DNA from: Terriglobia bacterium
GTDB taxonomy: Bacteria; Acidobacteriota; Terriglobia; 2-12-FULL-54-10
Length of the DNA stretch: 64,000 nucleotides
Assembly: GCA_963666975.2 (NCBI GenBank)
Contig: CAXVYR010000004.1
Coordinates: 128,001-192,000 of the forward strand
Direction of reading: 5' to 3'
Shown here: piece after piece, positions 53,922-64,000 of the stretch
Numbering within the stretch: position 1 is the stretch's first letter
How the letters are laid out: each line of letters starts with the position of its first letter
Program-made: the position numbers and the translations under genes
Notes under the pieces: model-generated
Seen by the model: only the letters and a program-made list of their open reading frames with translations
Told to the model about the DNA's origin: nothing
Databases searched by the model: none

Positions 53922-54893
53922 ATGGACACTCGCCCCAAGATCGGTTACCTCATCCCCACGCGCGATGCGGTCATGCGGGCTCCCAGTGGCCGTGCCGACA
54001 TTCACCGCATGGTGCAACTGGCAGTCCAAGCCGAACAGAAAGGGTTTGATTCTGTATGGATCGGCGACAGCATTCTGGCGCGGCCCCGCTTTGAAGCCCT
54101 GACCACCCTGGCCGCCATCGCGGCCCGCACCGAGCGCGTTCAGCTTGGGACGGCGGTTTATCTTTCCCCTCTGCGCCACCCCGTGGCTCTGGCTCATACA
54201 GCCGGAACGCTGGACTTGCTCTCCAGCGGGCGGTTTCTGTTCGGCATCGGCCTGGGACCGCCGACTCCGTCAGTCCAGGCGGAATACACAGCCTGCGGAG
54301 TCGATTTCCACAAGCGCGGCAAGCTCCAGGAAGAAGGCTTGCAGATCATGAAAGGCCTGTGGACCGGCCAGCCGTTCAGCTTCCAAGGAAAGCTCTTCTC
54401 GCTGCAAAACGCTACTCTGCACCCGCTGCCTGCCCGCGAGGGCGGCCCGCCGGTGTTGCTGGCCGCCGCTGCGGAACGCCCCCTGCGGCGCATCGCCCGG
54501 TTGGGAGATGGATGGCTGCCGATCAGCCCCACTCCGCGGGATGTCTCCGAGCAGTGGGAGCAGTTGCAAGGCTATTGCGCGGAAGCGGGCCGCGACCCTG
54601 CCGGCCTTCAGCGGATTCACTACATCACCTTGAACGTGAACCGGGATGTCCGGCGGGCGCAGCAGGAATGCGAAGCTTTCCTGCAGGCCTACTATGGCGG
54701 GAACCACGAGTGGATTTCCCGCACGCAAGCGATTCAGTTTGGCGAACCGGAGCGTTGCGCCGATTTCTTGCGCGGCTTCATCCAGGCAGGCGTCCGCCAC
54801 TTCGTGGTCCGGTTCGCCACCAGCGAGCAGGAATCGCAAATGGACCGCTTGTTGTCGGAAGTGGCGCCATCTCTTTCGGCGGCTGTCAGTTGA
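53922..54893 (+). CDS. LLM-class flavin-dependent oxidoreductase
   Basis: GFDSVWIGD, LGTAV, LDLLSSGR, GDGWLP. Confidence 0.92.
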   Translation: MDTRPKIGYLIPTRDAVMRAPSGRADIHRMVQLAVQAEQKGFDSVWIGDSILARPRFEALTTLAAIAARTERVQLGTAVYLSPLRHPVALAHTAGTLDLLSSGRFLFGIGLGPPTPSVQAEYTACGVDFHKRGKLQEEGLQIMKGLWTGQPFSFQGKLFSLQNATLHPLPAREGGPPVLLAAAAERPLRRIARLGDGWLPISPTPRDVSEQWEQLQGYCAEAGRDPAGLQRIHYITLNVNRDVRRAQQECEAFLQAYYGGNHEWISRTQAIQFGEPERCADFLRGFIQAGVRHFVVRFATSEQESQMDRLLSEVAPSLSAAVS

Positions 54894-55004
54894 CAGCCTT
54901 CCGCGTTCCGGATAATAACTATAGTCCGTAGTTTGCCCTGATCCAGGCCGGGATTTTCCTTGGCTTAGATTTAATATTTGCGGCAATAGCGACAGGTAAA
55001 AATT

Positions 55005-56417
55005 ATGTTGGTGATGAAATTCGGCGGCACTTCTTTGGGCGATGCGCAATGCATTGCCAACGTGAAGGAGATTATCGCCCGCTCAGCTAGGGAAAACTCC
55101 CCCGTGGTGGTGGTGGTCTCGGCGATGAGCACGGTGACGGAAACGTTGCTCGAGACGGCCCGCTTGGCCTCTCAGGGTGAACAGAGCGCCGTAGAAGAAA
55201 AGTTGCAACACCTCGAACGCAAGCACTCTCAAGCGGTGGAAGCTCTTTTTTCCAAAGCCCATCGCCGGACGGTGCAGAAGACTGTCACCGATATTCTGGG
55301 CGAATTTGCAAAGCTCTGCGCCGGCATGGCGCTTGTGGGCGAGATGCCTCTGCGCGCTTTAGACGCCGGATTGTCGGTGGGCGAGAGGCTTTCCTCGACG
55401 CTGCTGGCGCGGCACCTCGAAACAAATGGAATTGCGGCTCAGGCGGTGGATACGTCACAGTGTCTGCTCACCGACGACAATTTTGGAAACGCCAAGCCGC
55501 TCCTGAAGCACACTCACGAGGCTATGCGCCGCGTCCTGCTTCCGCTGACGGAGAAAAAATGCATTCCCATTGTGACCGGTTTTCTCGGAGCAACCCGCGA
55601 GGGAATGCGGACTACGCTGGGCCGGGGCGGCTCCGACTACTCGGCGGCGATTATGGCCTCCTCGCTCGACGCCACCGAGTTATGGATATGGACCGATGTG
55701 GATGGCGTGCTGAGCGCCGATCCCAAGATGGTGGAACAGACCTTGATTGTGCAGGAACTCACTTACGAAGAAGCCGCAGAGCTTTCCTATTTCGGCGCCA
55801 AGGTCTTGCACCCCAAGACGCTGGCTCCTTTGCAATCCAGCCGTATTCCGGTCTACATCAAAAACACTTTCGCTCCGGAAAAGCCGGGCACGCGCATTGG
55901 GCCGTATCGCGAGGACAGCCCGCAGGGAGCCAAGGCGGTGACTTCCATGTCGCCGGTCGCCTTGCTCACGCTCCGCAGCAACGGCACGCCCGGAACCACG
56001 GAACTGCTGGCCCGCACCTTTGCGGCGCTGGCACACTCCCATGTTGAGATTTTGATGGTGACGCAATCATCTTATCAAGACAGCTTCTGCCTGCTGGTGC
56101 CGCAGTCGATGGCGGATATGGCCCAGGCCACCCTGGAGCACGCTTTTCGCCTGGAGTTGAGCCACCAGTACCTGGACCCGCTCGAACGGCAGGACGTGGC
56201 GGCCATCGCTCTGATCGGGGAAGGAATGAAAGGTACTCCAGGCATTGCCGCCCGCATGTTCGGCGTTCTGGCGCGGGAAAAGGTCAGCGTGATCGCCATC
56301 GCTCAAGGCTCCTCGGAATCGAACATCTCGCTCGTTGTATCACAGGAAGGACGCAGCACGGCGATCCGGGCCATCCACCAGGAGTTCATCGTTCCCGCCA
56401 CGGCACAGTCCGCATGA
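55005..56417 (+). CDS. Aspartate kinase
   Basis: VMKFGGTS, LGRGGSDYSA, DVDGV..DP, GAKVLHP; ACT domains. Confidence 0.95.
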   Translation: MLVMKFGGTSLGDAQCIANVKEIIARSARENSPVVVVVSAMSTVTETLLETARLASQGEQSAVEEKLQHLERKHSQAVEALFSKAHRRTVQKTVTDILGEFAKLCAGMALVGEMPLRALDAGLSVGERLSSTLLARHLETNGIAAQAVDTSQCLLTDDNFGNAKPLLKHTHEAMRRVLLPLTEKKCIPIVTGFLGATREGMRTTLGRGGSDYSAAIMASSLDATELWIWTDVDGVLSADPKMVEQTLIVQELTYEEAAELSYFGAKVLHPKTLAPLQSSRIPVYIKNTFAPEKPGTRIGPYREDSPQGAKAVTSMSPVALLTLRSNGTPGTTELLARTFAALAHSHVEILMVTQSSYQDSFCLLVPQSMADMAQATLEHAFRLELSHQYLDPLERQDVAAIALIGEGMKGTPGIAARMFGVLAREKVSVIAIAQGSSESNISLVVSQEGRSTAIRAIHQEFIVPATAQSA

Positions 56418-56431
56418 AGCTGCGAAAATTC

Positions 56432-57049
56432 CTACCTGCGGCACAGCCACTCGATCCGTTCCGGCCGGAAGCGATCCAGTTGCCCGGCGGCGCTCCTCGG
56501 CTTCAGCAGCGGCAGGAGCCCTCGCAGCATCTCTTCAGATTCTGAATCCAGATTGAGAACGAAAACATCCGCCTTTTCGGCATGGGAATAATCCGAGTAG
56601 CGCAGGCCCTTTCCCGCCAGACCGAGCAATCCTTCCCAAAAGCTCTGCCTCGCAAACAGGCGTTTGCGGGCGGCACTCTCTTGCGGCAGTTCCAAACTTT
56701 CTTGCCCCCGGCGGAAACGCACCAAAAAGCAGTTTTCGGGCTGAAAAACCTGCGCCGGGTCCGGACCGGGGAATTCTTGCAGGATGCACTCCACTTCTTC
56801 TTCGGGAACTTCCAATGCCTCCCAGCGGTATCGGTACTCGCCCGTCGATATGGTCCCGGCATGGAGTATTCGCCGAACGCGGGGCGTATCCTTCCCCAGA
56901 ACGGGCAGCATGACCTCGATCAGTTCCGGCAGGCTGAAATCCCGCTGCAGGACGTGCGAGACGCTGACGTACTCGGCGGCCTCGGAGAGAAGCTTGACTC
57001 GAATCTTGGAAGGTATCATTGGAGGATTCTGAAAAAGCCGTGTTGCCAA
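56432..57049 (-). CDS. Conserved hypothetical protein
   Basis: Long ORF immediately downstream of tyrS. Confidence 0.7.
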   Translation of the reverse strand: MATRLFQNPPMIPSKIRVKLLSEAAEYVSVSHVLQRDFSLPELIEVMLPVLGKDTPRVRRILHAGTISTGEYRYRWEALEVPEEEVECILQEFPGPDPAQVFQPENCFLVRFRRGQESLELPQESAARKRLFARQSFWEGLLGLAGKGLRYSDYSHAEKADVFVLNLDSESEEMLRGLLPLLKPRSAAGQLDRFRPERIEWLCRR

Positions 57050-57054
57050 TCTTT

Positions 57055-58350
57055 CTAAGGTTCCAGGACCACCTTCAGGTGATGCCTACCAACCTTCAAT
57101 AGCAACTCACTCTTCCGACTGGTATCGAGGTCCAGGAGGAGATCCCGACACCGGTTGCCATTGACAGAGACGGCGCCCTCCTTGAGCTTGCGTGACGCCT
57201 CACTGACGGAACTCGCCAGTCCCACGGCGGCAAGAAGCCGGTCCAGCTTGATTGGACATAGCGTGCCTCGAATATACGCACCATCCGGCTTCGCCATCAC
57301 CTTCTTGATCGCAACTGTCTTTGTGTCGACCTCTTGCGGCTGCTCCCGCTGCCGAAAGACCCGGCTAAACTCCTCCTCCACCTGCCGCGCCTGCTGCGGA
57401 CCATGGAAGTCGGTGATGATCCGCCGGGCCAAATCCATCTTGGTGGCCATGGGATGGATCGCGCCGCTTGCCACCTTCCGGCGCAGCTCGGAAATTTCCG
57501 GGATGCTCAGATCCGTCAGCAGCTCGAAGTAGCGGTACATCAACTCATCGGAAATCGACATCACCTTGCCGAACATCTCCTGTGGCGGTTCGGTAAGCCC
57601 GATGGCATTTCCGAGCGACTTGCTCATCTTCTGAACCCCGTCGGTCCCCTCCAGGATCGGCAGCGTGATTACGGCCTGGGAGGGCTGGCCGTATTCCCGC
57701 TGCAGCTCGCGCCCCACCAGGAGGTTGAATTTTTGGTCGGTGCCTCCGATCTCCACGTCCGCCTTCAGTGCAACCGAGTCGTATCCTTGCATCAGGGGAT
57801 AGAGCAACTCGTGCATAAAAATCGGCACGCCTTTTTTGTAACGGCCTTCGAAATCGTCGCGTTCCAGGATGCGGGCTACGGTGTAGCGGGAACACAAGCG
57901 AAGCATATCTTCGCTGCTCAGGCCGGAAAGCCATTCCGTGTTGAACCGGACCTCGGTCTTGTCCGGGTCGAGCAGCTTGAAGACCTGCGACTTGTAAGTC
58001 TCCGCGTTGGCAGCGATCTGTTCGGGAGCCAGCGGCGGGCGAGTTGCGCTCCTCCCGCTCGGGTCGCCGATCAAGCCGGTGAAGTCCCCGATCAGAAAAA
58101 CTACGGCGTGGTCCAGCTCTTGAAAATGCTTTAGCTTGCGCAACACCAGGGTGTGGCCCAGATGGAGGTCCGGAGCCGTCGGGTCGCAGCCCAGCTTGAT
58201 CCGCAGCGGCGTTTTTGTCTCCCGCGAGCGAACGAGCTTCTGCCGCAGATCCTCCTCGCGAATGATCTCAACCGTGCCCCTGCTCAGGGTTTCCATCTGC
58301 TGTTCGAGCTGCTGGTCCGTGGAATCTTTGGGACGTTTTTGTGCGGCCAT
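57055..58350 (-). CDS. tyrS: Tyrosine--tRNA ligase
   Basis: [22 protein letters not shown]4 domain. Confidence 0.97.
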   Translation of the reverse strand: MAAQKRPKDSTDQQLEQQMETLSRGTVEIIREEDLRQKLVRSRETKTPLRIKLGCDPTAPDLHLGHTLVLRKLKHFQELDHAVVFLIGDFTGLIGDPSGRSATRPPLAPEQIAANAETYKSQVFKLLDPDKTEVRFNTEWLSGLSSEDMLRLCSRYTVARILERDDFEGRYKKGVPIFMHELLYPLMQGYDSVALKADVEIGGTDQKFNLLVGRELQREYGQPSQAVITLPILEGTDGVQKMSKSLGNAIGLTEPPQEMFGKVMSISDELMYRYFELLTDLSIPEISELRRKVASGAIHPMATKMDLARRIITDFHGPQQARQVEEEFSRVFRQREQPQEVDTKTVAIKKVMAKPDGAYIRGTLCPIKLDRLLAAVGLASSVSEASRKLKEGAVSVNGNRCRDLLLDLDTSRKSELLLKVGRHHLKVVLEP

Positions 58351-58501
58351 CGCACGGGAATTATAACACCCGAAAGGACAGCCGCAGGCGGCCCTTCACT
58401 TCTCAAGGACCACAAAAAGAACATCTGCTCACTGAAACCGAGAGTTGGAAGGCAGCGTTTTGACTGGCCGGTTGGGTGGGAAGCGAGATTTCACCGAACC
58501 A

Positions 58502-59257
58502 CTAGTTGACCCACGGGCCACGGCGCCGCTCCTCGCGGTCCCGCTCGCGCGTGTAGACTTTAAACTGGCGCTGCCGGCGATGGCGCATCCAGCGGTAATA
58601 TTGATTGCGGAGGTCAAATAAGACAGAGGTTCTTCGCAGGTAGAAAAATCCAACCACCATTCCGCCCAGGTGCGCCACGTGGCTGATGGAGCCACCCTGA
58701 GCAGACACGGCGGAAAGAAAGGCGATGCCGCCCAGAATCATGACCAGATACTTGGCGGGCATGGGAATCAGAAAGAAGAAGAAAATCGGAACATAAATAA
58801 TCCGATTCGGAAACAGCAGCCCGTAGGCCAGCAGGATTCCGTATATGGCTCCGGAGGCACCTACGGTGGGAATTACAGACGAAGGGCTCAACAATACGAC
58901 GCACAACCCAGCCCCGATGCCGGTGAGGAAATAGTAACGGAGAAATTTCCGGCCGCCCCAGGTCCTTTCCAGCTCCCCGCCGAACATCCAGAGGGCGAAC
59001 ATATTTAACAGGATGTGCCAGAACCCTGCATGCAAGAACATGTAGGTAACCAGTTGCCACACAGCAAAACGGTGGACAACCGTGTAGGGGGTGAGCATCA
59101 GCAACTCGCGGATCATCTGGCCGAAGCCCCCCGCCCCAGCCAAAATCGTAAAGACAAAAGCGGCGACATTGGCAATGAGCAGCTTCTTCACGATGGGCGT
59201 CAACCCGCCGCCGAAGCTGAAACCGAGGTTAGGCCGATAGGAACGGTAATTCATCAT
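58502..59257 (-). CDS. Rhomboid intramembrane serine protease
   Basis: FLH...HI..NM, GASG, AHLGG. Confidence 0.93.
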   Translation of the reverse strand: MMNYRSYRPNLGFSFGGGLTPIVKKLLIANVAAFVFTILAGAGGFGQMIRELLMLTPYTVVHRFAVWQLVTYMFLHAGFWHILLNMFALWMFGGELERTWGGRKFLRYYFLTGIGAGLCVVLLSPSSVIPTVGASGAIYGILLAYGLLFPNRIIYVPIFFFFLIPMPAKYLVMILGGIAFLSAVSAQGGSISHVAHLGGMVVGFFYLRRTSVLFDLRNQYYRWMRHRRQRQFKVYTRERDREERRRGPWVN

Positions 59258-59553
59258 TAACCACGCGAAAAGAATATGGCCGCTGCTGGGTGGCGTGATC
59301 GGAAGAAAGAAGCGCACCCGCCCACCTGCGACTGACTCCAGAATAAGAAATTTGAAGGGGAATGTCTAGGAAGTGTTTCCCGGGGCGACCGCCAAACATG
59401 TTCCGCGCCAACGGGGGTGTTGGCCGACCTGGTTCCTGCCGGGATAATTTCTAATGGTCGAGCCCAATGACTGGCCTGAGTGGAATATCCTTCGCAATTC
59501 CAATGGGGGAGCTGGGCCAAACGCCCCCCCAGTTCAACGGGCTCTATGCTGGG

Positions 59554-60513
59554 TTATTTCTGCGCCGGGCCTGCTGTATCCTCTGCCCGGAGCATCTCTC
59601 GGATGCCGCCCACCGAGCTTAGAATGCTACTGGCCTCGAAGGGAAGGAATATTTTGGTCGCCTGTCCGTCGGCAATCTTTTCGAGCGACTCCAGGTACTT
59701 CAGGGCAATGAGGTAGTTTGCGGGGCTGGACTCGCCGAGGGCTCCGCGAATGCGGTTGAGCGCCTCCGCTTCCGCCTGCGCGATTTTCAAGCGGGCTTCC
59801 GCCATACCTTCCGCTTCCAAGATGGTGGAGCGCTTCTCTCCCTCGGCCCTGGCAATAGCGGCCTCGCGTTCACCCTCTGCGTTCAACACGGCTGACTTTT
59901 TTGATCCCTCCGCCTCCGTGACCACGGCACGCCGTTCCCGCTCCGCCTTCATCTGCTTGGCCATAGCGTCTTGAATCTCTTTCGGTGGTTCGATGTTCTT
60001 CAGTTCCACGCGATTGACCTTGACTCCCCACTTGTCCGTAGCCTCATCGAGCACGTTGCGCAGCTTGGTGTTGACCGTCTCCCGGGAGGTGAGGGTTTCA
60101 TCCAGCGCCAACTCGCCCATCACGTTGCGCAGGGTAGTCACCATGAGCTGGTGTATGGCAGCGCCCAGATCCACGATTTCGTAAACAGCTTTCATCGGAT
60201 CGGTAATCTGGAAGTACACCACCGTATCCACTGCCATGGTGACGTTGTCCCGGGTAATCACGGACTGGGGCGGGAAGTCAATCACCCGTTCGCGCAGGTC
60301 CACAAAGTTCACCTGCCGGCCCAATAGCGTAAACGGCCGAACGCTGTCTATGTAGGGCCAGACGAAGTTGACCCCACTTTGGGCCATCATGTGGAACTTG
60401 CCCAGCCGCTCCACGACTTTTACAGTGGCTTGCTGAACGATTTGGATTCCTTTCGCGGCCGTGACAAGAACAAAGATCACGAGCCCGACGATAATCAATG
60501 TACCTAAGTCCAT
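59554..60513 (-). CDS. SPFH/stomatin (QmcA-like) protein
   Basis: VERLGKF, VITRDNV, WGVKV.RVE, AERERRA. Confidence 0.93.
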   Translation of the reverse strand: MDLGTLIIVGLVIFVLVTAAKGIQIVQQATVKVVERLGKFHMMAQSGVNFVWPYIDSVRPFTLLGRQVNFVDLRERVIDFPPQSVITRDNVTMAVDTVVYFQITDPMKAVYEIVDLGAAIHQLMVTTLRNVMGELALDETLTSRETVNTKLRNVLDEATDKWGVKVNRVELKNIEPPKEIQDAMAKQMKAERERRAVVTEAEGSKKSAVLNAEGEREAAIARAEGEKRSTILEAEGMAEARLKIAQAEAEALNRIRGALGESSPANYLIALKYLESLEKIADGQATKIFLPFEASSILSSVGGIREMLRAEDTAGPAQK

Positions 60514-60523
60514 AAAACTCTCC

Positions 60524-61783
60524 TTAAACCGGTTTGACCCTGGCTTTGTTTCCGACGATCTCCAGAACTTGCACTTTAGCACCTTTGGCAATGTGCGTCT
60601 CGTCATCGCTGACAGCGGACCATACCTCGCCGCCGAGCTTCACCGAACCGGGCTGGAGACTTCCCTCAATGGCCTTGAGCACCATGCCGGTACGGCCTAG
60701 CAAGGCTTCGACGTTGGTGGGGACTCCTTGCGGGCTGCGCAACAGGAAACTCTTAAATATGGTGCGCGAGGAAATGAGCAGCAGAAACGAACTAGCGAGA
60801 AAGACGCCGATCTGAACGCTCCGTGGAACACCCAAGAAAGCCAGCAAGGAAGCCAGCAAAGCCCCCACTCCGAACCAGAGGAGAAAGAATCCGGGGAGCA
60901 ACATCTCGGCCAAACCCAGAACCAGACCCAGAATCACCCAAACCTGCCAGGCGCTGATTTGCCCCAGCCAGCCTCGTATGCCAGCGCGTTCTGCCGCCTG
61001 TGCGGCCTGCGCTCGACTCTCTTCCAGCAGCTCCAGGTTATAGGCTTGCAGCAGATCTTCCCGATCCTCGCGTTGAGCCGCAGCCAGTTTCAGCCGTAAC
61101 GCCTCCTGAGTGGTCAAAGTCAACAGCTTGCCCTTCTCCACCACTTCGGAGATCACCACATCTGCATCCACCATTGCTTCGGCCAGAGCGCCCGGATGCT
61201 CCCGACTCTCCGCCGTGGCCTTCATCTCCTTACGGAAATAACTGATCGCCTTTTCCCCTGCCGGCTCCGACCCCGTCCAAGTGACTCGCAAGGGCGCAGC
61301 CGCACCGATGGTGGCGCCTGGCGCCATCACGATTTCGTGGGTTGCCAGGGCTACCAGTGCCCCGGCGGAGATGGCGCGTCTGTTGATGAAAGCGATCGTG
61401 CGCAAGTTTGAATCCAAAAGAGCATCCCGTATTTCGACGGCCGCGCCCAGCTCACCTCCGAACGTATCAATCTCGATGACAACCACCTCGGCACCCGCGG
61501 CTGCCGCACGCTCAAGCCCCTGGAGAACGCGGCGAGCGAGCCGATTGTTAACAGGACCTTCCACGAGAATTAAATAGGCCTTTGTTGGCGGTGCTGGCTG
61601 GTCGGCGGCCGGTGATGTTTGTTGGGCAGCGTTTGCAGATACGTTCAAAGAAATAACACCCCACCCTGCTCCCAAACTTCGGGACGGGGCAAGCCCTCCA
61701 AGGCTGAGGGCAAGGCCGCAGGCGAACAGACCGAGTAGCAGTGCCCTCCGCAGGGGGGAAAGATGGGTCATCCAACTTTTCAT
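60524..61783 (-). CDS. NfeD-family protein (ClpP-like domain + TM + OB fold)
   Basis: IDTFGG, AISAGAL, KLLTLT; C-terminal G.V..GGEVWSA; lies upstream of the SPFH gene. Confidence 0.88.
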   Translation of the reverse strand: MKSWMTHLSPLRRALLLGLFACGLALSLGGLAPSRSLGAGWGVISLNVSANAAQQTSPAADQPAPPTKAYLILVEGPVNNRLARRVLQGLERAAAAGAEVVVIEIDTFGGELGAAVEIRDALLDSNLRTIAFINRRAISAGALVALATHEIVMAPGATIGAAAPLRVTWTGSEPAGEKAISYFRKEMKATAESREHPGALAEAMVDADVVISEVVEKGKLLTLTTQEALRLKLAAAQREDREDLLQAYNLELLEESRAQAAQAAERAGIRGWLGQISAWQVWVILGLVLGLAEMLLPGFFLLWFGVGALLASLLAFLGVPRSVQIGVFLASSFLLLISSRTIFKSFLLRSPQGVPTNVEALLGRTGMVLKAIEGSLQPGSVKLGGEVWSAVSDDETHIAKGAKVQVLEIVGNKARVKPV

Positions 61784-62089
61784 TCCAATTATTCCTGTGC
61801 CGTTAGGAATTAGGGCCGGTATTTTCTAGGACGAAAGGAAGCGAATATGTATGACTCGCAAAGGATAACTCCAAGAAACCTGTCCTGTCAATTTCTAGCC
61901 TCTTAGGGAAGCCGAGTCCGTCCGCCCGTCGGTCCAATACGCTTCTACGGAAGGGATCGTCAAGGCAACTAACGACGCAGTAATTCTGGGATGTTGCTGA
62001 CACCTCTGGCGCGCAGAGGTTCTCCGCCAGCTTCGGGTAAGCTCCAGCTCCTGTAATGCGTGCCCTCCCTTCGTGCTAGGATATTTCCT

Positions 62090-62728
62090 ATGACCGGGCC
62101 CGCTCGTTTCCATAGCAGCGTTCATGGCTTTGTTTTGACCGGAGGCCGAAGCAGCCGAATGGGCCGGGACAAAGCTCTGCTTCCGTTCGCAGACCGGCCG
62201 CTGGCAGCATGGATGGCGGAGCTTGTAAAGGGGGTATGCGGCGAGGTGTCGCTGGTGGGCAGCCGTGCAAAATACTCCGGTCTGGGATTTCCGGTGATCG
62301 AGGATATTTTCCGCGACAGCGGCCCTCTGGCGGGAATCCATGCAGCGCTGGCCCACTCCGATGCGCCGTTCAGCCTGATTGTGGGATGTGACATGCCCAA
62401 TCTCTCGCCCGATTTCCTGAACCGGCTTCTGGAGATTGCCATGGAAGGGGACTCAGACGCGGTGGTCCCGGAATCGGAGGCCTTCGGCTACGAGCCGCTC
62501 TGCGCGGTGTATTCCCGGAACTGCCTTCCCCGAATCGAAGAAGCTCTGCGAAACGGGGAGCGAAAAGCCAGCAGCATTTTCCCACGGCTGCGCGTTCGGC
62601 CGGTGATGTGCCGGGAATGGCGGGCATTTGACCCGCTCGGAAAATTATTTCAAAACCTGAACACTCTGGAAGATTACGAACAGGCACGGATGAAACTCCA
62701 CAGGGAGAAGACGAACTCCTCTGATTGA
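62090..62728 (+). CDS. mobA: Molybdenum cofactor guanylyltransferase
   Basis: LTGGRSSRMGRDKA, GPLAGI, CDMP, NLNT. Confidence 0.93.
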   Translation: MTGPARFHSSVHGFVLTGGRSSRMGRDKALLPFADRPLAAWMAELVKGVCGEVSLVGSRAKYSGLGFPVIEDIFRDSGPLAGIHAALAHSDAPFSLIVGCDMPNLSPDFLNRLLEIAMEGDSDAVVPESEAFGYEPLCAVYSRNCLPRIEEALRNGERKASSIFPRLRVRPVMCREWRAFDPLGKLFQNLNTLEDYEQARMKLHREKTNSSD

Positions 62729-62782
62729 CGAGCAGGCGCTTGACGAACGATTGACGAGAATTCTCGCAGGCATACTTTACGC

Positions 62783-63538
62783 ATGGCCGGTCATTTCATC
62801 GAATTTCAGGATGTCTCCAAGTCCTTTAACGACCACCAAGTCCTGGAGAAAGTCTGTTTCCATGTCGATGCAGGGGAAACGCTGGTGATTCTGGGGCGAA
62901 GCGGGGTCGGAAAATCCGTAACCCTGGCTCACATCATAGGCTTTCTGAAGCCCGACGCCGGAAGGGTGTGGGTGGCGGGCGAGGACATTACCGGCTACGA
63001 TGAAGCCCAACTCAACCGGATTCGCAAGAAAGTCACCATGGTGTTCCAGTCCGGCGCCCTGTTTGATTCCCTGACCGTCTTTGAAAACGTCGCCTTTCCA
63101 CTGCGCGAAGGCCCCGGCTGGAACGAGAAAAACATCGAGGAGATCGTGGGCGGGTTGCTGAAACTGCTGGAAATCCACGAACTGGCCGATTCGCTTCCCT
63201 CCGAGTTGAGCACCGGCATGAAGCGAGCAGCCGCTATCGCCAGGGCGTTAGCCGCGCGGCCGGAAGCCATCCTGTATGACGAGCCCACCACGATGGTGGA
63301 CCCTCTCATGGCTCAGCACATTGAGAATCTGATTGAACGGCTGAAACAGCAGCTCCGCCTGACCTCCGTCGTGGTAACGCATGATACCCGGCTGGCGAAA
63401 AAAGTCGGCGACAAGGTGGTCTTTCTGGATGCTGGTCACGCCACTTTCTTTAGCTCTGTGGACGAGCTTTCCGCTTGCACGAACCCGCTGATTCGGGAAT
63501 TCCTTCTGGAAGATGAAATCCGCTCTGCGGTGAGCTGA
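62783..63538 (+). CDS. ABC ATPase, MlaF/Mkl-like
   Basis: GRSGVGKS, FQSGALFDS, ELSTGMKR, YDEPT. Confidence 0.9.
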   Translation: MAGHFIEFQDVSKSFNDHQVLEKVCFHVDAGETLVILGRSGVGKSVTLAHIIGFLKPDAGRVWVAGEDITGYDEAQLNRIRKKVTMVFQSGALFDSLTVFENVAFPLREGPGWNEKNIEEIVGGLLKLLEIHELADSLPSELSTGMKRAAAIARALAARPEAILYDEPTTMVDPLMAQHIENLIERLKQQLRLTSVVVTHDTRLAKKVGDKVVFLDAGHATFFSSVDELSACTNPLIREFLLEDEIRSAVS

Positions 63539-63613
63539 CAGGGGGAAATGGGGTGAGAGGAGAAAATCCCCAAAGGTGATCCGTTCCGGCGGGCGCGCTC
63601 ATGCGCTCATAGA

Positions 63614-64000
63614 TCAGATACCCATTGAACCTTTCCCTTTCGGCCCTTTGAAGATGAGTTCTTTTAGTTCGATTTGATCCGGATTCAGCAGCTTTTTAAC
63701 GCGTTCGCTATTGACCCCGGCTACAATGATGTCCCCAATCTCCGTATTGACATCGTTATAAATCCGCAGGGATTTCATTCCTCTAGTTTGCTTCGCATTA
63801 TCTTCCGTCGGGTTGACATAATGCACCGAATCGCTCTTATACCGATGGACCAAAAACAAATGGACCAATGTCATTAACCGTTTTTTTCGGAAGGTCTCGC
63901 TAAACGTATTTTGATCCCTCACAGACAGAATATTCCTGCCCCGAAGGTCTTGTATCGAAGCATATACAACGTTGGCGATTTTGGCATCCGATTCATCGAA
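63614..64000 (-). CDS. aceA: C-terminal domain of a type-2 (ICL2-like) isocitrate lyase, partial
   Basis: DQNTF...RKKRLMTLVHLFLVHRY..VHYV.PTEDN..T..MK..I...V..E.G.IIVA matches the ICL2 C-terminal domain as I recall it. Confidence 0.8.
   Translation of the reverse strand, partial: FDESDAKIANVVYASIQDLRGRNILSVRDQNTFSETFRKKRLMTLVHLFLVHRYKSDSVHYVNPTEDNAKQTRGMKSLRIYNDVNTEIGDIIVAGVNSERVKKLLNPDQIELKELIFKGPKGKGSMGI

Overview
GC-rich bacterial chromosomal window, most consistent with an Acidobacteriota-like diderm (inferred from gene content). The flanks carry ordinary housekeeping genes: kdsC fragment, rho, GH3 nagZ-like, lpxL/lpxA/lpxD, nrdR, a BadF-type activator/dehydratase pair, nuoA, acyl-CoA dehydrogenase with carboxyltransferase and biotin carrier, aspartate kinase, tyrS, rhomboid, SPFH/NfeD, mobA, mlaF-like and a type-2 isocitrate lyase fragment. 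The centre holds a ~13 kb mosaic integrative element (~31917-44950). It has a P4/IntA-like tyrosine integrase and splits a TPR gene in frame at a TGGYTG-N9-CAG core. It also contains a second, inverted copy of its own ~205 bp end attached to a different N9 spacer, and a second inverted copy of an iteron-rich region with a coupling-protein fragment. Cargo includes a stand-alone class-1 UG/Abi-like reverse transcriptase with a helical C-terminus, three tandem secreted double-Cache genes, an Nmad3-type nucleotide-modification remnant, IS1595 and captured chromosomal pieces (nuoB 5' end, a DUF1573-like gene). A palindromic double IS256 remnant interrupts a gene at 24.3-26.2 kb, and several REP/MITE-like palindromes occur. 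Several single-base frameshifts suggest long-read consensus error, so pseudogene calls are tentative. All family assignments come from motif recognition, not database searches.
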